64,000 bases of DNA from an uncultured Chloroflexia bacterium (GCA_963842805.1 CAWJIA010000013.1:123-64122); one strand, 5' to 3'. Counted from the stretch's first letter, positions 28,376 to 37,669 are shown. The notes: generated from the sequence alone by a model not told the origin. Program-made: numbers and translations.

Positions 28376-28738
28376 ATGGCAGAGAAAATGGTAATTTTTG
28401 CGACTCATGGAGGTGAAGACCCCGAGAAGGCCACGTTGCCCTTTGTTGTGGGTAACGCCGCGTTGGCAATGGACGTCCAGGTGACTATAGTGCTTCAATC
28501 AATGGGCGTTATGCTTGCCAAAAAGGGATGCTACGATCACATCTACGCATCCGGTTTCGATTCAGTCAAGAAAATGGTTGACAGCTTCATCGAGTTCGGC
28601 GGCCAGATTTTCGTATGCATTCCGTGCATTGAGTCCAGGAAGATAACCCCTGATTTACTGATTGACAAGGCACAGTTGGTTAAGGCAGGAAAAGTTGTCC
28701 AGGAAGTGCTGGAAGCTAAAGCGGTGTTGAACTACTAG
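28376..28738 (+). CDS. DsrE/TusD-family sulfur-relay protein
   Basis: The sequence shows MVIFATHGGEDPEKATLPFVVGNAALAMD...FVCIPCIESR. The protein is 120 aa and has an AAGGAGG RBS. Confidence 0.8.
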   Translation: MAEKMVIFATHGGEDPEKATLPFVVGNAALAMDVQVTIVLQSMGVMLAKKGCYDHIYASGFDSVKKMVDSFIEFGGQIFVCIPCIESRKITPDLLIDKAQLVKAGKVVQEVLEAKAVLNY

Positions 28739-28837
28739 TACCGGTTATCCGGCGGGTATCTTTACCGGTGGAAAGTCGGCCTTTATAACTGCAGAAGTCA
28801 TTACCATTAGACGATGAATACTCATGTGGAATAGCAG

Positions 28838-29638
28838 CTATGTCTGCTCATCTATTCTAGATACTAGGTTACGTTGCCGTCTGAACAGCGCAAAGAAAAT
28901 AACAACGGCAACTACTATGACTCCTATGGCGGTCAACTGTGCCTGTTTAAGGCCAAGGAATACCACCTCATTGTCTCGCCATGTAAACACGATTATTTGA
29001 CTCATAGAATAGCCAAGTATGTAGATAAAAAATAGTATACCCGGCTTCAGCTTGTTCCGTAGCAGCCAGAGAAGACCGAATAGCAGTATGTCTATTAAAG
29101 CTTCATAAACAGCGGCTGGGTGATAGGCTATATCGTGTCGAGGAGCGAATGAATTGGGGTTAGCGTATACCACTCCCCAAGGAAGATTAGTGGGATAGCC
29201 GATAACATCCCCGTTGATAAAGTTACCAATACGGCCGAAGAACTGGCCGACTACAGCAAAGAGTGCAGTGACATCCAGGAGTTTCAAGATTGAGATTTTC
29301 ATACGCCAGCCTGCTATCAGCAGTACAATGACCACGGCAAAGATGGCCCCATAAAAAGCCATCCCGCCTTCCCAGAACGCCAGGATGCGCCACGGCTCCG
29401 CTAGATACGGTCCCAGAGGTTGCTGGAGGACGAAGTATAGTCTGGCGCCGATAAGACCGGCTAGAACGGCCCAATAGACGACCGTTTCCATCTGACTCTG
29501 AGCCAACCCTTTGGACCTGGCATAAGGCCAGGCTGTAAGCAGACCGGCCACAATGCCCACCACGTACATCAAGCCATACCAGTGGACGGCTATGGAACCG
29601 ATGGAAAAAACTACTGGATTGACATTAACAATTATCAT
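28838..29638 (-). CDS. lgt: Prolipoprotein diacylglyceryl transferase
   Basis: The sequence shows VHWYGLMYVVG, GARLYFV, WEGGMAFYG, GRIGNFINGD and HPAAVYEAL. I place the start at ATG 29638, which has a GGGGAAG RBS. Confidence 0.85.
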   Translation of the reverse strand: MIIVNVNPVVFSIGSIAVHWYGLMYVVGIVAGLLTAWPYARSKGLAQSQMETVVYWAVLAGLIGARLYFVLQQPLGPYLAEPWRILAFWEGGMAFYGAIFAVVIVLLIAGWRMKISILKLLDVTALFAVVGQFFGRIGNFINGDVIGYPTNLPWGVVYANPNSFAPRHDIAYHPAAVYEALIDILLFGLLWLLRNKLKPGILFFIYILGYSMSQIIVFTWRDNEVVFLGLKQAQLTAIGVIVVAVVIFFALFRRQRNLVSRIDEQT

Positions 29639-30147
29639 AAATTCTTCCCCTAAAACTAACCTATCTTGGGATGCTCCTGTAAAGCTAGAATAGTTAACGT
29701 CATCCTTTTCATAAACTAATACCTGGCAATTCCAATATTTGTAAACTAAGTCTACCACGTATAATGCATTCCAAAGAAACGGGATCAAAAATGAGGGGGT
29801 TTTTTCGAATGTGGAAATATCCGAAGAATTAAGCCCTATAACAGTTGACTACGTGCTTAGGGGTAAGCTAGCGCAAATCACGGGCAGGAAAAAGTATCTA
29901 GTAATATATGATAGATTATGCACGTAGTTCGCAAAGACATTAAGATTCAGTATCAGCATATATTGTGATAGAATGATTTGCACATCTGTAATGAGCTGAC
30001 CAACTCCAATGAAATAGGACCAAGCGTAAGGATTACATCAGAACTGGTGAAAGCACCAAACGGGTATTAAGTTTCACTACCCGGGGGCGAAAATAACCGC
30101 TACCTGAGATCTCCAAGATATGTGGGGGCCATAATATAGATATCAGC

Positions 30148-30969
30148 ATGATTTCACTGGGGATTATCTCAATACTTGTTGGTTTCCTGGGTGCGCTCAC
30201 AGGATTGGGTGGGGCCAGCATACTTATCCCTGTACTGACACTGTTCGGTGTCCCGGTCAAGGTTGCCATAGCTTCTTCCATGGTCAGCATCATTGCCACC
30301 TCAGGAGGCGCGGCCTCGGCTTATATCAGGGACCGCATCACCAATATAAAAATCGCCATGTTCCTGGAGATATTCACCATCACCGGTGCAATTATTGGCG
30401 CAACTATAACGACCTTCATAGCCCCTGTATTCCTTTATTTTTTCTTTGCCGCATTTCTGCTCACCTCTTTTTCCAGGGTACACCTGTTTGCCCAGGACTA
30501 CGTTCCCGCCGCACATACCCAGGATAAAGTTTCCGCAGCATTTGAACTGCAGGGCAGCTATTTCGATGAAGCTCGAAAACAAGTCGTTGAATACAAGGCG
30601 ACCAACTCCCTCCTCGGAGGATTGGGGATGGCGGTAGCAGGGCTGGCAGCAGGCATGCTGGGAATAGGAGCGGGCGCCTTTAAGGTAACCGTCCAGGAGC
30701 ATATCCTGAAGCTCCCGCCCAAGGTATCCAGCACTACCAGTAACTTCATCATAGGTATGACCGCCCTGGCAGCAACCAGCGTCTACCTTTTTTCCGGGTT
30801 TTTAAATTTAACCCTGATGGCCCCCATTGCCATTGGCACTACAGTGGGTTCACTGCTGGGCGCAAGATTTTTAAACAGGCTGAACGATAAAACCGTCAGG
30901 GTCCTTTTCTTTGTCATAGTCGCCATACTAATAGTACAGATGCTGTACAAAGGGATAACTGCAATATGA
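30148..30969 (+). CDS. TauE/SafE-family (DUF81) anion/sulfite exporter
   Basis: It is a multi-TM protein with GFLGALTGLGGASILIPVL and a second GIGAGAFKV repeat. Confidence 0.8.
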   Translation: MISLGIISILVGFLGALTGLGGASILIPVLTLFGVPVKVAIASSMVSIIATSGGAASAYIRDRITNIKIAMFLEIFTITGAIIGATITTFIAPVFLYFFFAAFLLTSFSRVHLFAQDYVPAAHTQDKVSAAFELQGSYFDEARKQVVEYKATNSLLGGLGMAVAGLAAGMLGIGAGAFKVTVQEHILKLPPKVSSTTSNFIIGMTALAATSVYLFSGFLNLTLMAPIAIGTTVGSLLGARFLNRLNDKTVRVLFFVIVAILIVQMLYKGITAI

Positions 30970-31355
30970 TTAGTTTAGGCAGTGGCGAATCAAAGCTCGA
31001 AACAGCGATCAGCTATTTGCTTATAGCCGGTATTGCTGTTAGCCTAGCGCTGATCATCGTCGGATTGGTCTTTTTCTACCACTCGTACGGCAACCTTGGT
31101 ATATCCCTGAATGACAGTTCTCTGTATATCCATGGACAGAACTTCTTCAGTTTTATTTACGATCTGTTTTCCAGTCGTTACACGCAAAACAATGCAATCC
31201 TATTCATATCACTGGGGATTGCGATGTTGCTTCTCACTATTTACATGAGGGTGATTGTATCTATACTTTATTTTGTCTGGAAAAAGGATATCAGATATAC
31301 CGTTATAACCGCTTTTGTGCTAATTGCCATCACGCTGAGCTTGGTCCTGCACTAG
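30966..31355 (+). CDS. DUF1634-like small membrane protein (a usual partner of DUF81/TauE)
   Basis: It has 4 predicted TM segments, an ATGA overlap with tauE, and a size and topology typical of DUF1634. Confidence 0.55.
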   Translation: MISLGSGESKLETAISYLLIAGIAVSLALIIVGLVFFYHSYGNLGISLNDSSLYIHGQNFFSFIYDLFSSRYTQNNAILFISLGIAMLLLTIYMRVIVSILYFVWKKDIRYTVITAFVLIAITLSLVLH

Positions 31356-31576
31356 CTATTTTGACATCTTTTATATGCTTACTCTAAAAAGTACAGCGAT
31401 TTACTACCTGCCTGGCAAAAGTTCGTCGATAGGCAACGACTTTTGCGTTGCCCACTCAGTGCGATGATAATCTGGCTAAGCGTTAACTATCCATCGCATA
31501 AACGTCAATCCTAAATAAATAACACCTCAAGCCGTGACATTTGATATAATTGCTCCAAAACTTTAGGGAGGCTCCC

Positions 31577-32846
31577 TTGCCAGACAAAGCGGACATGTTC
31601 CCGCACGATAATTCGCTCGAAGAAGCTGCCGGCCCCGCAAAGGGAGAAGAAGCTGAATGAGAGGCTCAGGCAGCTTATTGAATACGCTTTTAAAAATGCC
31701 CCCGGCTTCAAAGCACGCATGGAGGCGGCGGGCATCGGGCTGGCGGATGTTAAGTCCATAGCCGACCTGCCAAAGATACCTGTTCTGCGCAAAGATGATT
31801 TGATCCAGTTACAAAAGGAAAATCCTCCCTTCGGAGGATATCTGGCCGTACCCCTGAGCGAGGTCGAGCGTATCTACCAGTCCCCCGGCCCCCTGTTCGA
31901 TCCGCAAAGGAAGATCAGGGCGAGCCTGGATACCGCCGGAACCGGCAAGGGGCAGATCGTCATGAATACCTGGTCGTACCACATTACGCCAGCCGGCATG
32001 ATTATGGACCGAGTTTTAAGGGGAATGGGCTTTACGGTTTTCCCCGCTGGCACGGGCAATACCGAGCTTCAGGTACAGATCATGCACGATCTGAAAGTTA
32101 GCGGGTTCGTGGGCACACCCTCCTTCCTGGCGGCCATCATCAGGAACGCAGAGGAGATGGGCTACGACTTTAAGAGGGACTTCAACCTGAAATTCGCCAT
32201 GGTCTTCGGCGAGATGGGCGGCGATGCATTACGCAAAATGTTCACAGAGAAATACGGCATAGCCTGCCGGGGAGGAGACACCTACGTTACCGCCGATATC
32301 GGGGTTATCGCAACCTCCTGCAGTCAAAACGCTGGTATGCACATAAGTACCGACCTCATAGTCGAGATCGTCGACCCGGCCACGGGCAAGGCCGTCTCAG
32401 CCGGGGAGGTTGGTGAGATAGTCGTGACTCCCTTTGACGAGGTCTATCCCCTCATTCGCTTCGGGACAGGCGACCTCTCATCACTGGTAGGGGAGCCTTG
32501 CCCGTGCGGCCGGACGACACCCCGCCTGCCCAAGATCATGGGCAGGAGCGGCGACGCAGTCCGGGTACGCGCCATGTTCGTCCATCCGCGTCAGACCGAC
32601 GAGGTCATGGCAAAATATCCGGAGGTAGCCGCCTACCAGCTCATCGTGACCCGCAGGGAAAACCGCGATGAGATGCTGCTTCAGGTCGAGCTAGCCGCTG
32701 AACCGAAGGATAAAGAGGCCTGGCTGGAATCGCTTAAGAAGGACTTCCAGGGCGTCTGCAAGGTCAGGTTCGACAATATCGAGTATGTGAAAGCCGGCAC
32801 CATCGCTAAAGACGCCAGAAAGATAGTCGATAAACGCGTTTATTAA
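31577..32846 (+). pseudogene. Phenylacetate-CoA ligase / coenzyme F390 synthetase-family adenylating enzyme, N-terminus frame-broken in a C4 run at 31633-31636
   Basis: AGGGAGG (31565-31571) precedes a TTG at 31577, giving (M)PDKADMFPHDNSLEEAAGP in frame 2. Homology then continues in frame 0 (QREKKLNERLRQLIEYAFKNAPGFKARMEAAG...), joining track ORF 31719..32846. Confidence 0.75.
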
Positions 32847-32854
32847 GGATCAAC

Positions 32855-33523
32855 ATGAATTACTCGTATAGATTCGTGGCCGTAGCCGCGCTATTTGTGA
32901 CCTGCCTGCTGGCGGCCAACATACTTATCGTCAAGCAGATATACTTCGTGGGGCTGACCCTGCCGGCGGCCATCGTGATTTTCCCGCTGAGCTACGTTTT
33001 CGGTGATGTCCTGACCGAGGTTTACGGCTATGCGCAGGCCAGGCGGGTCATATGGCTGGGCTTTTTCTGCAACCTGCTGCTGGTCGTTGCCATATGGCTG
33101 GTCGGCATCCTGCCGGCGGCGCCCGTCTTCGATGCGCAGGCTGCCTACGACCGCATACTGGGCAGCGCCCCGCGCTTCCTTATAGCTTCCTTCCTGGCTT
33201 ACCTGGCAGGCGAGTTCCTCAACTCGTATGTGCTGGCCAAAATGAAGATAGTGACCAGGGGCAAATGGCTGTGGACCAGGACCATCGGCTCTACAGTGGC
33301 CGGGCAGGGCGTGGATACTGTCATAGTTCTTTCAATCGGCTTTTACGGCACCCTGCCCAACGAGGTTATCCTGACCATGATGTTCTGGCACTGGATCTTC
33401 AAGTCGGCCTACGAGGCCCTGGCCACGCCTTTCACCTATTGGCTGGTGGGGCACCTCAAGCGAACCGAGAAAATGGACAAATACGACTACGGCACCAACT
33501 TCAATCCCTTGCGGGCGGACTGA
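32855..33523 (+). CDS. yhhQ: Queuosine-precursor transporter (VUT/YhhQ family, DUF165)
   Basis: The sequence shows FPLSYVFGDVLTEVYGY...RRVIW...IASFLAYLAGEFLNSYVLAKMK...RTIGSTVAGQGVDT. Confidence 0.85.
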   Translation: MNYSYRFVAVAALFVTCLLAANILIVKQIYFVGLTLPAAIVIFPLSYVFGDVLTEVYGYAQARRVIWLGFFCNLLLVVAIWLVGILPAAPVFDAQAAYDRILGSAPRFLIASFLAYLAGEFLNSYVLAKMKIVTRGKWLWTRTIGSTVAGQGVDTVIVLSIGFYGTLPNEVILTMMFWHWIFKSAYEALATPFTYWLVGHLKRTEKMDKYDYGTNFNPLRAD

Positions 33524-33547
33524 GCAGGGCATAGAATTTAGGGGAGA

Positions 33548-34048
33548 GTGGAACCGAAGTTTATCACCGATGTGAACGTCGGCAAGCTTGGCAAATGGCT
33601 GCGGCTGATGGGATATGATACTTTGTTCTTTGACGAACAGGACGACGGGCTGATGGTCAAGGCCGCTATAGCGCAGGGACGCATCATCCTCACCAAAGAT
33701 TCCGAGTTTATGAAACGCCGGGCTATCTCCACAGGCAGGGTGAAGGCCGTACTGGTCAGCAGCGACCGGCCGGACCAGCAATTATCGACAGTAATCAACA
33801 CCCTTCAACTTACTAAACAATACAGGCCATTTACACGTTGCCTGGAATGCAACTCGGCACTGGTCAGCCGGGATAAAAGCGAGGTAAAGGGATCGGTGCC
33901 CGAGAGGGTCTACGAGAAGCACGATCAATATATGCAGTGCCCTTCCTGCGGACGCATTTACTGGAAGGGGACGCACTGGCAAGCCATGTCCGGGAATCTA
34001 AGCCGGTTGACATCGTTACAAGAGGAAAAGAAAGGAGAAGACCTATGA
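33548..34048 (+). CDS. Mut7-C/DUF82 PIN-like RNase domain protein with a C-terminal Zn ribbon
   Basis: The sequence shows FITDVNVGKLGKWLRLMGYDT...ILTKD...RCLECN...CPSCGRIYWKGTHW. Confidence 0.75.
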   Translation: MEPKFITDVNVGKLGKWLRLMGYDTLFFDEQDDGLMVKAAIAQGRIILTKDSEFMKRRAISTGRVKAVLVSSDRPDQQLSTVINTLQLTKQYRPFTRCLECNSALVSRDKSEVKGSVPERVYEKHDQYMQCPSCGRIYWKGTHWQAMSGNLSRLTSLQEEKKGEDL

Positions 34049-35604
34049 AGATAGTTACCTCCCAGCAGATGATGGAGATCGATCAGAGGGCGGCTGAAGC
34101 AGGTATCGCTACGGAATTCCTGATGGAAAATGCGGGCAGGGAGGTAGCCAGGGAGACCCGCAAGTTTGTAGATTACATAGCCGCAAAAAACATACTGGTA
34201 TTTGCAGGACCCGGCAATAATGGGGGCGACGCACTGGTGGCGGCGCGCTACTTCGACGAGTGGGGTGCCAAGGTCAGCGTCTACCTCCTGAGCGACCGCA
34301 CCAGGGAAGACAAGAACCTGGCGCTGGCCAGACAGCAGAAGATACCTCTTCATTTCGCCTCCAAAGACCAGAAGTGCACGAAGTTGAAAAACCTGCTGTC
34401 CTCTGCCGAGATCGTCATCGACGGTATACTGGGTACCGGCAGGTCCAGGCCGATCGAGGGTGCCTTCAAGGACGCATTGGGCAGGATCAACCAGGAAAGG
34501 CTGAAGCGACCCGGGATGATGATCGTAGCGGTCGACATCCCGACCGGCCTGAATGCGGATACGGGAGAAGTTGAGCACAGCTGTCCCCACGCCGATCTCA
34601 CTGTCACGCTGGGACTTCCAAAACCCGGCCTCTATAATTTCCCGGGAGCGGGCAGGGCTGGCAGGGTGGTTATAGCCGATATCGGTATACCCTCTGAGCT
34701 GAGCCGTGATATCCAGACCGAGCTCATAACCGAGGAGTGGGCCAGAGCAGCCCTACCACAACGCCCAGCGTACGCAAATAAGGGGACCTTCGGCAGGGTC
34801 CTTGCCGTGGTTGGTTCGGAAAATTACATAGGCGCCGCATACCTGGCCTGCATGGGGGCTGCAAGGGTTGGTGCCGGCCTGGTGACGCTCGCAACGGCTA
34901 AAAGTGTGCAGGCAGCCCTGGCACCCAAGCTGACGGAGATAACCTATGCACCTCTGCCGGAATCTGACGGAGGGCTGCTGCCAGAGAAGGCGGCCGAAGT
35001 CGTAACGGACATACTTCCCTACTATAAGGTGGTGCTGATGGGATGCGGACTAGGCCAGCACCCGCTCACAAAGGAGTTCGTGAAAAAAATGTTACTGAGG
35101 CTGCCGGATAAGCCTCCGTTGCTTGTGCTGGATGCTGATGCGTTGAATATACTGGCAGGCACGGCCAGGTGGTGGAAGAAGCTGCCGGCCAGCACGGTAG
35201 TTACACCGCACGCCGGAGAGATGGCAAGGCTGCTGGGGATATCGATCGAAGAGGTGCAGCGCAGCCGGTTGGAAATTTGCCGCAAAGCTGCGGTACAGTG
35301 GCAGAAAATAGTCGTTTTAAAGGGGGCCTTTACGGTCATAGCCGAACCGGGAGGCAGGGTGAGGATAAGCGGGGCCGCCAACGCGGGCCTGGCTTCGGCG
35401 GGTACCGGCGATGTCCTGGCCGGGGCTATCTCAGGGCTGGCTGCGCAGGGAATACCGCTTTTCGATGCTGCCGCACTGGGCGTTTACCTGCACGCACAAG
35501 CCGGCGAATCGGTCAAGGCGGAGTTGGGCGATGCTGGTATGCTGGCCGGGGATCTGCTCCCTGTCTTGCCCAAGGTGATTAAGAAGCTTAAAACAGGGAT
35601 ATAA
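34045..35604 (+). CDS. nnr: Bifunctional NAD(P)H-hydrate repair enzyme (epimerase/dehydratase, YjeF)
   Basis: The sequence shows MENAGREVA, GPGNNGGDALVAARY, KGTFGRVLAVVGS, and GAANAGLASAGTGDVLAG. The ATGA-overlap start at 34045 has an AAAGGAG RBS. Confidence 0.9.
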   Translation: MKIVTSQQMMEIDQRAAEAGIATEFLMENAGREVARETRKFVDYIAAKNILVFAGPGNNGGDALVAARYFDEWGAKVSVYLLSDRTREDKNLALARQQKIPLHFASKDQKCTKLKNLLSSAEIVIDGILGTGRSRPIEGAFKDALGRINQERLKRPGMMIVAVDIPTGLNADTGEVEHSCPHADLTVTLGLPKPGLYNFPGAGRAGRVVIADIGIPSELSRDIQTELITEEWARAALPQRPAYANKGTFGRVLAVVGSENYIGAAYLACMGAARVGAGLVTLATAKSVQAALAPKLTEITYAPLPESDGGLLPEKAAEVVTDILPYYKVVLMGCGLGQHPLTKEFVKKMLLRLPDKPPLLVLDADALNILAGTARWWKKLPASTVVTPHAGEMARLLGISIEEVQRSRLEICRKAAVQWQKIVVLKGAFTVIAEPGGRVRISGAANAGLASAGTGDVLAGAISGLAAQGIPLFDAAALGVYLHAQAGESVKAELGDAGMLAGDLLPVLPKVIKKLKTGI

Positions 35605-35675
35605 CAATGGTAGATTTCTAATTATTAATTGATAATTTGGAGCTTTCCCATCTATTTATGTAATAATGAAATACC

Positions 35676-36443
35676 ATGCTGTTAACCATTGATATCGGCA
35701 ATACCAATGTGACATTCGGCGTGTTCGAAGGCGAACATATAAAGGCCACCTGGCGCGTTTCGACGGCCATACATCGCATGCCCGACGAGTACGCTAACCT
35801 GATGCTTTCGCTCATGGAAAGGCAGGGTGTCAAGGCGGCGCAAATAGATGACGTGGTGATATGCAGCGTAGTGCCTCCCCTACTGCTGATCTTCGAAGAG
35901 GTATGCAAGCGATACCTGAAGAAAACCCCACTGGTAGTGGAAGCCGGCGTCAAGACCGGCGTCCGCATTGATATGGACAACCCACGCGAAGTGGGACCCG
36001 ACCGCATAGTAAATGCGGTTGCTGCGCACCACCTGTACGGCGGCCCGGTGATCGTAATCGATATGGGCACAGCCACCACCATGGACGTCGTAGCCAAGGG
36101 CGGCAAATATATCGGCGGAGCCATAGCACCAGGCATCGCAATTGCCACGGAGGCGCTGTTCACCCGGACCGCAGTGCTGCCCAGGATCGAGCTATCGTTG
36201 CCTAAAAAAGCTATTGGCAGAAATACGGTGGCAGCTATGCAGTCAGGCATAGTCTTCGGCTATATAGGCCTGATCGAAGGGCTGATAACGCGCATACAGG
36301 CCGAGCTGGATGAAAAGGCTAAAGTGGTGGCGGTGGGCGGGTTTGCCACTCTGATGGCGCGGGCAACCAACCTCATAGACGAAATCAACCCCGATTTAAC
36401 CTTGATCGGCCTGCGCCTGATATATAATATGAACAGGGATTAA
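35676..36443 (+). CDS. coaX: Type III pantothenate kinase
   Basis: The motifs are MLLTIDIGNTN, GPDRIVNAVAA and VIDMGTATT. Confidence 0.9.
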   Translation: MLLTIDIGNTNVTFGVFEGEHIKATWRVSTAIHRMPDEYANLMLSLMERQGVKAAQIDDVVICSVVPPLLLIFEEVCKRYLKKTPLVVEAGVKTGVRIDMDNPREVGPDRIVNAVAAHHLYGGPVIVIDMGTATTMDVVAKGGKYIGGAIAPGIAIATEALFTRTAVLPRIELSLPKKAIGRNTVAAMQSGIVFGYIGLIEGLITRIQAELDEKAKVVAVGGFATLMARATNLIDEINPDLTLIGLRLIYNMNRD

Positions 36444-37657
36444 TGAGCCGGCAACATATGGCTACGAAGAGTAAAACGATCGTCCTGGGCATAACCGGCA
36501 GCATATCCGCCTACAAGGCGGCCGACCTGGCCGCACGCTTCACCAAAGACGGTTTCCGGGTTGATGCCGTATTCACGGAATCAGCCATGAAATTTGCCTC
36601 ACCCATGACCCTGCGCAACCTGACAGGACGCCCGGTGGTGACTACCATGTGGGAGCTGTCCACCGAATTCAGCGTAGAGCATGTGGCGCTATCCGAGGCG
36701 GCCGATGTAGTTCTGGTTGCACCGGCCAGCGCCAATATCATCGCCAGGCTGGCTAACGGGATAGCCGACGACATGCTCACCTGCACCGTGCTGGCAACCA
36801 AAGCACCGGTCATAATCGCGCCGGCCATGAACGACAACATGTGGGCCAACCAGGTGACCCAGGATAACGTGGCCAAACTTAAAAAGCGCGGCTTCATTTT
36901 CGTGGGGCCCGCATATGGCAGGCTGGCTTCCGGCAAGATGGGGTTGGGCCGCTTGACCGAGCTCGACGAGATATACGGCGTTACCCTGCAGGTACTTGGG
37001 AAGAAAGGGGACCTGGCGGGTAAGCATATCGTGGTTACGGCCGGGGGGACACAGGAACCGGTCGACCCGGTGCGCTGCCTGACCAACCGCTCATCCGGCA
37101 AGATGGGCTACGCCATAGCTGAGGCCGCCCGCAACAGAGGGGCGGCTGTGACACTGATTAGCGGGCCAACAGCAGTGACCAAACCGGCAGGAATTAAAGT
37201 CGTCGACGTAAAGACGGCCGAGGAAATGCTGAAAGCTGTGTTGGAAGCTACCAAGAAGGCTGACGCCCTGATTATGGCGGCTGCTGTGGCGGATTTCCGT
37301 CCGGCCAGGGCATCCGGCAGCAAGATCAAAAGGCGGGAACTCGGTGATCTTACTCTCAAGCTGGAAAAAACGCCGGATATACTGGAACAGGCCAGGGGAA
37401 ATTTCATTCGTGTGGGCTTTGCGGCCGAGAGTGATAACGTCATCGCCAACGCCGCGGACAAGGCCAAACGGAAGGGCCTGGACCTGATCGTGGCCAACAA
37501 CATCACGGAGAAGGGCAGCGGCTTCGGGACCGATACCAACCGCGTCGCCATCATCGACAGCAAGGGGAAAGTAGATGAGCTGCCCCTCATGTCCAAATAT
37601 GAAGTGGCCGAAAAGTTACTCGACAGGGTAGCTGGGATGCTGAAGAAGAAATCTTGA
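36443..37657 (+). CDS. coaBC: Phosphopantothenoylcysteine decarboxylase / phosphopantothenate-cysteine ligase
   Basis: The motifs are GITGSISAYKA, APAMNDNMW, TAGGTQEPVDPVR, SSGKMGYAIA and AAAVADFRP. Confidence 0.9.
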   Translation: MSRQHMATKSKTIVLGITGSISAYKAADLAARFTKDGFRVDAVFTESAMKFASPMTLRNLTGRPVVTTMWELSTEFSVEHVALSEAADVVLVAPASANIIARLANGIADDMLTCTVLATKAPVIIAPAMNDNMWANQVTQDNVAKLKKRGFIFVGPAYGRLASGKMGLGRLTELDEIYGVTLQVLGKKGDLAGKHIVVTAGGTQEPVDPVRCLTNRSSGKMGYAIAEAARNRGAAVTLISGPTAVTKPAGIKVVDVKTAEEMLKAVLEATKKADALIMAAAVADFRPARASGSKIKRRELGDLTLKLEKTPDILEQARGNFIRVGFAAESDNVIANAADKAKRKGLDLIVANNITEKGSGFGTDTNRVAIIDSKGKVDELPLMSKYEVAEKLLDRVAGMLKKKS

Positions 37658-37669
37658 GGAATAAATCGC

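Noticed and set aside
29639-29788. A 50-aa N-terminal extension of Lgt
   Set aside because: The Lgt family sequence starts at MIIVNVNPVVF, which has a GGGGAAG RBS. The upstream 50 codons lack a start context and any homology.
31415-31446. A hairpin (GCAAAAGT...ACTTTTGC) after the DUF1634 gene, read as an intrinsic terminator
   Set aside because: The stem is interrupted and is not followed by a T-tract. I could not support it as a rho-independent terminator.
32847-32854. A preQ1 riboswitch upstream of yhhQ
   Set aside because: Only 8 nt separate yhhQ from the preceding stop codon, so there is no room for an aptamer.
33052-33534. A 160-aa Arg/Gly-rich alternative-frame ORF inside yhhQ
   Set aside because: The overlapping frame encodes a textbook YhhQ membrane protein. 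The alternative frame is low-complexity.
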